A stretch of DNA of 13,057 bases from Armatimonadota bacterium (GTDB taxonomy: Bacteria; Armatimonadota; Zipacnadia; Zipacnadales; UBA5352), in contig JAYENL010000062.1 of the NCBI GenBank assembly GCA_034722055.1, forward strand, positions 1 to 13,057, in the 5' to 3' direction. A program made the translations under genes and the position numbers. Below are positions 7,689-13,057 of this stretch, in pieces. The notes under the pieces are model-generated. The model worked only from the letters and a program-made list of their open reading frames with translations, was not told the origin of the DNA and did no database searches. Position 1 is the first letter of the stretch; each line of letters opens with the position of its first letter.

Positions 7689-8537
7689 TCAGCCTTCGGC
7701 CTCCTCCAGCAGTCGTGAGAGGTAGTCGTAGGCCTCCTGCAGCTTCTGCTCGGTGGTGATCCCCTCCGGCCGTACGCAGTAGCCGCCGCGGAAGTCCTCA
7801 AGGTCGATGTAGCCCTGGTAGTCGTACTCGGCGAGGGCCGCGATGATGGCCTCGAAGTCAGCGATGCCGTCCTCCAGGGAGGCATTCTCCCATGTCCACT
7901 CACCCTCGTCATCGCGCACCCAGCTCATGTTCTTGGCGTGCACGTGGGCCAGGTAGGGGCCGAGGATCTCGACGGCCATGCGCCAGCTCTCCATGCCCTC
8001 GATGACCATGTTGCCGGGGTCGAGGATGGCCCCGACGTGCTCGGGGTCGAAGTGCTCCAGAATGCGCATGGTGGCGGAGGCGGAGGGGCAGATGGTGTTG
8101 GAGTGGATCTCGATGAGGGCCTTGACGCCATGGTCGGCGGCCATCTGCTCGATGGTGCGGTAGTTCTCGATCACGGTCTCGCGCAGCTCGTCGTAGTGCG
8201 TGGAGCCATCATAGCCTGCGGAGCCGATGCGGAGCATGGGGGCGCCCATGGCGACGGCGCCCCTCATGAGGCGCTGGATCTTCTCGAAGTCGCCGGTGTC
8301 GGCGGAGGTGCCCAGGGAGGGAATCTCCAGCCCGTAGCGCTCGGCCGCCTCCCGAGCGCGAGGGGCGTCCTCCTCCAGGTCCTCGAGGCTGACATGCCAC
8401 TGCTGGCCGGAGTCGAAGACGCGGTCTGGGTAGCCGACAGTCCACTCGATCCCGGTGTAGCCGATCTCGGCGACCTTGGCGGCGGCCTCCTCGCGGTGGT
8501 AGTCGGGCAGGACGATGGAGTAGACTCCCAGCTTCAT
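7689..8537 (-). CDS. Sugar phosphate isomerase/epimerase (xylose isomerase-like TIM barrel), 282 aa
   Basis: GYTGIEW and the metal-ligand motifs IEIH, LDPGN, HVHAK and DLED. ATG 8537 is 9 nt downstream of GGGAGG and is preferred over TTG 8543. Confidence 0.88.
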   Translation of the reverse strand: MKLGVYSIVLPDYHREEAAAKVAEIGYTGIEWTVGYPDRVFDSGQQWHVSLEDLEEDAPRAREAAERYGLEIPSLGTSADTGDFEKIQRLMRGAVAMGAPMLRIGSAGYDGSTHYDELRETVIENYRTIEQMAADHGVKALIEIHSNTICPSASATMRILEHFDPEHVGAILDPGNMVIEGMESWRMAVEILGPYLAHVHAKNMSWVRDDEGEWTWENASLEDGIADFEAIIAALAEYDYQGYIDLEDFRGGYCVRPEGITTEQKLQEAYDYLSRLLEEAEG

Positions 8538-8600
8538 TGGCAAGGTCCTCCCGGCCTGGCAGACGGCGGCCGCGACAGAGTCGTGTCCCGGGCAGATGCC

Positions 8601-8626
8601 TTCCTCGCCGAGGCCCGACGACCTCC
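8601..8626 (-). promoter_or_regulatory. Putative SigH-like promoter for the isomerase gene (possibly also the kinase)
   Basis: The minus strand reads GGAGGT-N14-GAGGAA, about 63 nt upstream of ATG 8537. Confidence 0.45.
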
Positions 8627-8846
8627 CAGTGCGCAGGGCGATCGACGTTCAACCCGAGCGCCCAACGGGGGACCAGCAACCGTGGAGTCGGCCTCCTCCG
8701 ATTGCTTCGCACCCGTCATCGTGCGGCCGCTGCCACGACAACGCCGGCGAGCCCCGCGGCCAGCTTTGGGCGTAGGCACGCCCGACCTCCGTACGGCAAC
8801 GACAGCGGACCTGAGGGCCCGCCCCCGATGTGAATGCGGATATCAT

Positions 8847-8960
8847 CCTGGGAAGCCGGCGCCCTCGCCGGCTTGTGGCGCGCAGCGCCACTGATGTCGC
8901 ACGGTTCCAGCGACCCTCCGACCAGCGACGACACGCGGGCGAGGGCGCCCGCGCCCAAGG
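8847..8960. repeat. REP/REPIN-like inverted pair of 26-nt palindromic units (8847-8872 and 8935-8960)
   Basis: CCTGGGAAGCCGGCGCCCTCGCCGGC matches the reverse complement of the second unit (CCTTGGGCGCGGGCGCCCTCGCCCGC) at 21/26 nt. Two of the differences are a compensatory C-G/G-C swap in each unit's own hairpin. Confidence 0.7.
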
Positions 8961-8994
8961 AGGAGTCGGTGTCCCGCGCTGGGGCGTGGGCGAG

Positions 8995-9020
8995 GCAGGT
9001 GCGGGCGGAGAGGACGCGAA
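8995..9020 (+). promoter_or_regulatory. Putative SigH-like promoter for holB
   Basis: GCAGGT-N14-CGCGAA ends only 12 nt before ATG 9033. Confidence 0.5.
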
Positions 9021-9032
9021 GTATACGGGGCT

Positions 9033-10301
9033 ATGGCTCTCTCAGAGGTTGTGGGGCACGACCAACCCATCGAGGTGCTCACACACGCTATCGCCACGGA
9101 CCGCATCGCCAAGGCCTACCTGTTCGTAGGGCCGCCGAACGTGGGCAAGACGCTGGTGGCCAAGGAGTTCGCCAAGGCGGTCAACTGCGAGAGCCCCGTT
9201 GAGCGCGAGGGCGGGCGCCTTGAGGGCTGCGATAGCTGCCACAACTGCGTCCGGATAGACCAGGAGAACCATCCCGACCTGCTGGTGCTGCGACCGTCGG
9301 TTCGCGTTCAGGTCAGGGAGCGGGATGAGGATGTCGAGGCTGCGGCCGCCGAGGGTGAGGAGGAAGAGGCGGCTCCGGCGGAGGTGCAGGTGAGGACAGG
9401 CGTCCAGGACGTCTACATCGAGCTGCCCGACGCCGTCATCTACATCGACCAGATACGGCGCCTGATCCGGCACGGGGCGGCACAGCGGTCGGCGGCGAGG
9501 CGCAAGTTCTACATCATCTGCAGCGCCGAGACCATGAACGATCCGGCCGAGAACGCCCTGCTCAAGACCCTGGAGGAGCCGCCGCCCCACACTACGCTGA
9601 TCCTCACCACCGCAAACCTCCCCGAGCTGCGGGAGACGACGGTCTCCCGCTGCCAGGTGGTGCGCTTTCAGCCCCTCTCCCACGGGGAGTTGCGGGAGGT
9701 GCTGGCGGAGAGCTTCCCTGATGCGGGGCCGCAGCGGATCGCGGCCGTCGCGGCCATGGCCGGGGGACGCTACGGGCGGGCGCAGAGGCTGATGGACGCC
9801 CCGGGTCTGGTGGAGCTTCGGGGCGACCTGTTGGAGCTGGCGGCGGCGACGGCCAATGCGGACCTGGCGGAGTGCCTCCACCTAGGGGAGCGGGTGATGG
9901 CGCTGCCAGAGCAGTGGTGGGAGGCGGCGCAGGCGGCCGAGGAGAGCGTGGGCGTGCGCTCTGAGACCGAGCGGACGCTGCGGGGGCGGGCGCTTGAGGA
10001 GCTGGGGGCGGGGAGCCCGGATCGCATCAACCGGATCCAGATGAGCGAAATGCTGGACCTGCTGCAGACCTGGTACCGGGACCTGACGCTGCTGCGGCGC
10101 GCGCCGGACTCGGAGCTGGTGATCAACGCCGACCGGCTGGCGCAGTTGCGGGAGCTGGCACCGCTGTACAGCCCGGCGGGGCTGATCTGGGCGTCGGATG
10201 TCATCGAGGACGTTCGGCGAGACCTGAGCGTGCACAACGCCAACTTCCGGCTGGCATGCCAGACACTGATGGTGAAGCTGATCGCCGCGCGGCGGCGGTA
10301 G
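9033..10301 (+). CDS. holB: DNA polymerase III subunit delta' (clamp loader)
   Basis: N-terminal VVGHD, AYLFVGPPNVGKT (Walker A), Zn cluster C...CDSCHNC, HPDL, IDQIR, AENALLKTLEEPP, SRC arginine finger, and C-terminal WYRDL...INAD typical of HolB. Confidence 0.93.
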   Translation: MALSEVVGHDQPIEVLTHAIATDRIAKAYLFVGPPNVGKTLVAKEFAKAVNCESPVEREGGRLEGCDSCHNCVRIDQENHPDLLVLRPSVRVQVRERDEDVEAAAAEGEEEEAAPAEVQVRTGVQDVYIELPDAVIYIDQIRRLIRHGAAQRSAARRKFYIICSAETMNDPAENALLKTLEEPPPHTTLILTTANLPELRETTVSRCQVVRFQPLSHGELREVLAESFPDAGPQRIAAVAAMAGGRYGRAQRLMDAPGLVELRGDLLELAAATANADLAECLHLGERVMALPEQWWEAAQAAEESVGVRSETERTLRGRALEELGAGSPDRINRIQMSEMLDLLQTWYRDLTLLRRAPDSELVINADRLAQLRELAPLYSPAGLIWASDVIEDVRRDLSVHNANFRLACQTLMVKLIAARRR

Positions 10302-10322
10302 GGCCGACACGACGCAGGGACG

Positions 10323-10886
10323 GTGATCGGGATCGATCGCAGCGAGTGGCTCGCACTGGTCAGGGGCACCCTCCAGGCGACGCTGTGGCTGATGGCGGCG
10401 GCCAGCCTGGGCGGATGGGTGGCGGGCCTGGGGGTGCTGGCGGCGATCGGCGGGGATACGAGGACGGTCATGATCGCCTTCGGCGCCGTCACGGTGCTCT
10501 ACGGAGTGCTGGCGCTGGCGGTGGGCAATGCCCTGGGCAGGCGCCAAGGCCTGCGGGGGATCACGGCGTCGGCGCTCGGTGCGCTGCTGACCTGGGGCAT
10601 TCTGGAGCTGCTGCTGCGGGGCTTCGAGATCAACGTCCCGGCCCTGCGGGCGCCGCTGGTGACCGGCGTGGCCATGAGCGTAGTCGGCGCCGCCATCGGC
10701 GTGTCGCGGCGCGCGGACCGTGAGGCCCTCAGCGTGCAGCTCCGGGAGGAGCTGGGGGAGCTGGCGCGCGACGAGCACTCCGGAGCGCCACTGCTGCAGG
10801 CGGCCATCGACGCGGGCAGCGGGGCACCGGCCGATGACGCGGACGGCGCCGTGGAGGATGACTCCGACCCGGGCGAGGAGGAGTGA
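10323..10886 (+). CDS. Hypothetical integral membrane protein (4-5 TM helices) with an acidic C-terminal tail
   Basis: Hydrophobic segments and high GC at third codon positions. It lies 21 nt after the holB stop and 9 nt before the next gene. The GTG start follows CAGGGA. Confidence 0.72.
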   Translation: MIGIDRSEWLALVRGTLQATLWLMAAASLGGWVAGLGVLAAIGGDTRTVMIAFGAVTVLYGVLALAVGNALGRRQGLRGITASALGALLTWGILELLLRGFEINVPALRAPLVTGVAMSVVGAAIGVSRRADREALSVQLREELGELARDEHSGAPLLQAAIDAGSGAPADDADGAVEDDSDPGEEE

Positions 10887-10895
10887 GCCGCATCG

Positions 10896-11660
10896 ATGCA
10901 GCAGTTCCGGGAGCTTGAGGTGGCCGGTCAGCGCGTGGCGGCCACGCTGCACGTGCCGGAGAGCACGCCGGCGCCGGGGGTGGTGATGTGCCATGGCTTC
11001 ACCGGCCACCGCATCGAGGCGCACTTCCTGTTCGTGAAGGCCGCGCGCGCCTTCTGCGACGCAGGGCTGAGCGTGCTGCGCTTCGACTTCCGGGGCTCGG
11101 GGGAGAGCGACGGGCGCTTCGTGGAGATGACGGTGGAGACGGAGATCGCCGATGCCCTGGCGGCACTGGAGGCGATGCGCCGGGAGCCGACCGTTGATGC
11201 CGAGCGGGTGGCGGTGCTGGGGTTGAGCCTGGGCGGGCTGGTGGCGGCCTGTGCGGCGGCGCGCGACGGCGGTGTGTCGGGACTGGTGCTGTGGTCGGCG
11301 GTGGCCGACCCGGTGGAGGTCTTCGAGGAGCGGCAGGACTCGGCGGCCGAACGCGAGGCGCTGCAGCGGCAGGGATACTACGATTACGGTCCGCACCGCA
11401 TCGGCGCGGGGTTCCGCCGGAGCGTGCGGCAGGTCGATGTGCTGGAGGAGCTGGCATCCTGGCGGGGGCCGGCGCTGATCGTGCACGGGTCGGGGGATGA
11501 GTCGGTGCCAGTCGAGCACGCTGCGCGCTACCAGCGGGCCCTGAGCGGCGAGACGACCGTACACATCATCGAGGGGGCGGATCATACCTACGCCGGCGTG
11601 GCGTGGGAGCGGGAGGCCATCGAGGTCACGCGCGACTGGCTGGTGGGCCGAATGCTGTGA
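10896..11660 (+). CDS. Alpha/beta-fold hydrolase (esterase/peptidase-like)
   Basis: Oxyanion HGFTG, RFDFRGSGESDG, nucleophile elbow GLSLGG, HGSGD (Asp) and GADH (His). RBS GGAGGAG. Confidence 0.92.
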   Translation: MQQFRELEVAGQRVAATLHVPESTPAPGVVMCHGFTGHRIEAHFLFVKAARAFCDAGLSVLRFDFRGSGESDGRFVEMTVETEIADALAALEAMRREPTVDAERVAVLGLSLGGLVAACAAARDGGVSGLVLWSAVADPVEVFEERQDSAAEREALQRQGYYDYGPHRIGAGFRRSVRQVDVLEELASWRGPALIVHGSGDESVPVEHAARYQRALSGETTVHIIEGADHTYAGVAWEREAIEVTRDWLVGRML

Positions 11661-11700
11661 GGCTCAGGCCATCAGCAGTGCAGATCGGGGGGTGAGGCAG

Positions 11701-12780
11701 ATGTCCGAGGACAGCAACGAAACCATCGCGCGGGCGAGGCGGCTGATCGAAGAGGGCCGCCAGGACGCTGCCGTGCATCTGCTTAAGCCGGTGGTGGAGG
11801 AGGAGCCGGACGAGCCGGCGGCCTGGGCGGTGCTGGGCGCGGCCTGGTTCGAGCTCGGCAACTACGCCGAGGCGGAGGGGGCGGCGCGGCAAACGGTGCG
11901 GCTGCGGCCCCACAGCGCTCGAGACTGGAGCAACCTGGGGACGATCCTGCGCAAGCGCGGTGAGCTGGAGGAGGCGGCCAGAGCGCAGCGTCGGGCCCTG
12001 CAGCTCGAGCCGAGCTACACCCGCGCCCGAGTCGAGCTGAGCAAGCTTGGCAAGCAGTACGCCGAGGCTGAGGCCCCGCCGCCTGAGGCGCCTCCGGACT
12101 TCCAGGAGGCTCCCGTGCCGCCGCCACCTCCCGAGGAGGTCAGCAGGCCCCGGGACCGTCGCTCCCGGGAGCGCGTGCCTGAGCCCCAGGAGCAGGAGCG
12201 GGAGCCGCAGGAGGACGTGGCGGCTCGCCCGCGCCCCGAGCCCGCCGGCGGCAATCTGCTGCACGCGGTCGTGGCGGTGCTGATCGTCACGAACCTGGTG
12301 GGCTTCGGCGGCTGGCTGGTGGCCCACCGGCGGGCCTCGGCGACGCGTGCGGAGTTGCAGGCGCTTCGGGATGACCTGGCCGCCCGGCGGGCCGGGCAGG
12401 CGGCGGAGCAGCAGCGCCGCCAGGCGGGCCCGGGCTCGGAGCTGTCCTTCGCGGCCGTGGACGCCATGTTCGGCCGCGACAGCAAGCACACGGTGGTGGA
12501 GATGGAGCAGCTCTGGGAGGGCTATCGAGGACGGGTGGTCTCCTGGCAGGGGTCGGTCAAGGACGTGGAGCGGGACGAGGCCGGCGGCTACACGCTGCGG
12601 GCAAGGTGCGCCGAGGGCGAGGGGGCGGCCGACACCACAGTGCAGTGCTCCCAGAGTGAGGCCACGGCTCTGGCCGGTCTGCACAAGGAGGACGCGGTGT
12701 CAATCACCGGGACGCTGGCGGAGCGCACCGATGAGGGCTACCTGCTGAGTCATGGGTACGTGCGCTCGCTGGTCCCGTAG
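11701..12780 (+). CDS. TPR-repeat protein with Pro/Glu-rich linker, single TM helix, coiled coil and putative C-terminal OB-fold, 359 aa
   Basis: TPR-like repeats (AWAVLGAAWFELGNYAEAE...P; DWSNLGTILRKRGELEEA...ALQLEP), a Pro-rich tract, TM LLHAVVAVLIVTNLVGFGGWLV, then YRGRVVSWQGSVKDV...LHKEDAVSITGTL. ATG 11701 follows GGGGGTGAGG. Confidence 0.8.
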   Translation: MSEDSNETIARARRLIEEGRQDAAVHLLKPVVEEEPDEPAAWAVLGAAWFELGNYAEAEGAARQTVRLRPHSARDWSNLGTILRKRGELEEAARAQRRALQLEPSYTRARVELSKLGKQYAEAEAPPPEAPPDFQEAPVPPPPPEEVSRPRDRRSRERVPEPQEQEREPQEDVAARPRPEPAGGNLLHAVVAVLIVTNLVGFGGWLVAHRRASATRAELQALRDDLAARRAGQAAEQQRRQAGPGSELSFAAVDAMFGRDSKHTVVEMEQLWEGYRGRVVSWQGSVKDVERDEAGGYTLRARCAEGEGAADTTVQCSQSEATALAGLHKEDAVSITGTLAERTDEGYLLSHGYVRSLVP

Positions 12781-12857
12781 TGCTCACTTGCGCAATTCCG
12801 CGTACCTTGACGACGGGCACAGTCGGCGCTTGGTTGCCTCAAAAACCCACCGTGTCC

Positions 12858-13057
12858 GGTGGAGGGGCCGCCGGGCGCGCAGCGCCCGGTGAGGCCTGTG
12901 ACTGAGACTTCGTAGAAGTCTCCCAGCGAATAGGCCTCAGGTTCCATCCCGGCCCGGTAGATAGCTCTATGAAGCGGCGAAACGGCGCGCCGGCGGGGGC
13001 GCCTGCGCTAATGGTCGGGCTGGAAGCCCGTGAGACCGAAGGTCTCCAGTGGGCCGG
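12858..13057 (+). repeat. Structured inverted-repeat element, copy 2, running off the window edge
   Basis: A complete motif at 12860-12955, further GNA-triloop hairpins at 13016-13030 and 13032-13046, and a terminal GTGGGCCGG (13049-13057) identical to 4184-4192, where the inverted motif begins in copy 1. Confidence 0.8.

Noticed and set aside
9297..9437. Mini-intein in HolB
   Set aside because: Far too short, and it has no His-Asn + Cys/Ser/Thr splice junction.
12750..12947. 65-aa minus-strand ORF
   Set aside because: It runs through the structured repeat and overlaps the end of the TPR gene, with no clear RBS or motif.
12967..12983. Hammerhead-like core CTATGA...GAAAC
   Set aside because: It lacks the full CUGANGA, has no viable stem II, and has no matching stem III with an NUH site.
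12864..13014. HDV-like ribozyme reading (P1 GGGCCG/CGGCCC, loop TTCCAT, following GG, later GGCGAA or GCTAA)
   Set aside because: P1 is only 6 bp, P3 is 2 bp, and there is no clean P2. The other instance has AC instead of the required GG after P1. An RNArobo/Infernal HDV-descriptor search or a co-transcriptional cleavage assay would settle it.

Overview
GC-rich bacterial chromosomal segment with 13 supportable protein-coding genes. The left end holds a lower-GC Type II restriction-modification pair: an N4C/N6A methyltransferase cut off by the window edge and a BglII/BstYI-family endonuclease. Next come a DUF4038 (apiosidase-like) glycoside hydrolase divergent from a PHP metallohydrolase, a YfcE-like phosphodiesterase, two small membrane proteins, an orphan MASE3-type histidine kinase and a sugar-phosphate isomerase/epimerase. 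The last block is a probable operon of holB (with a long acidic insertion), a membrane protein, an alpha/beta hydrolase and a TPR-Pro-rich-TM-OB-fold protein. The most interesting signals are non-coding. (1) A structured repeat family lies at 4154-4264 and 12858-13057. It has conserved flanks (TGGAGGGGCCG ... GGTTCCAYCCCGGCCC) around two hairpins whose sequences diverge while their fold is kept, using GNA triloops and tandem G.A pairs, which suggests folding as single-stranded DNA. (2) A separate REP/REPIN-like inverted pair lies at 8847-8960. (3) A SigH-like promoter motif, GSAGGW-N14-NNSGAA, sits in front of all four genes that face away from the two divergent intergenic regions, including holB. 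All family assignments come from motif recognition by eye; no database searches were run.
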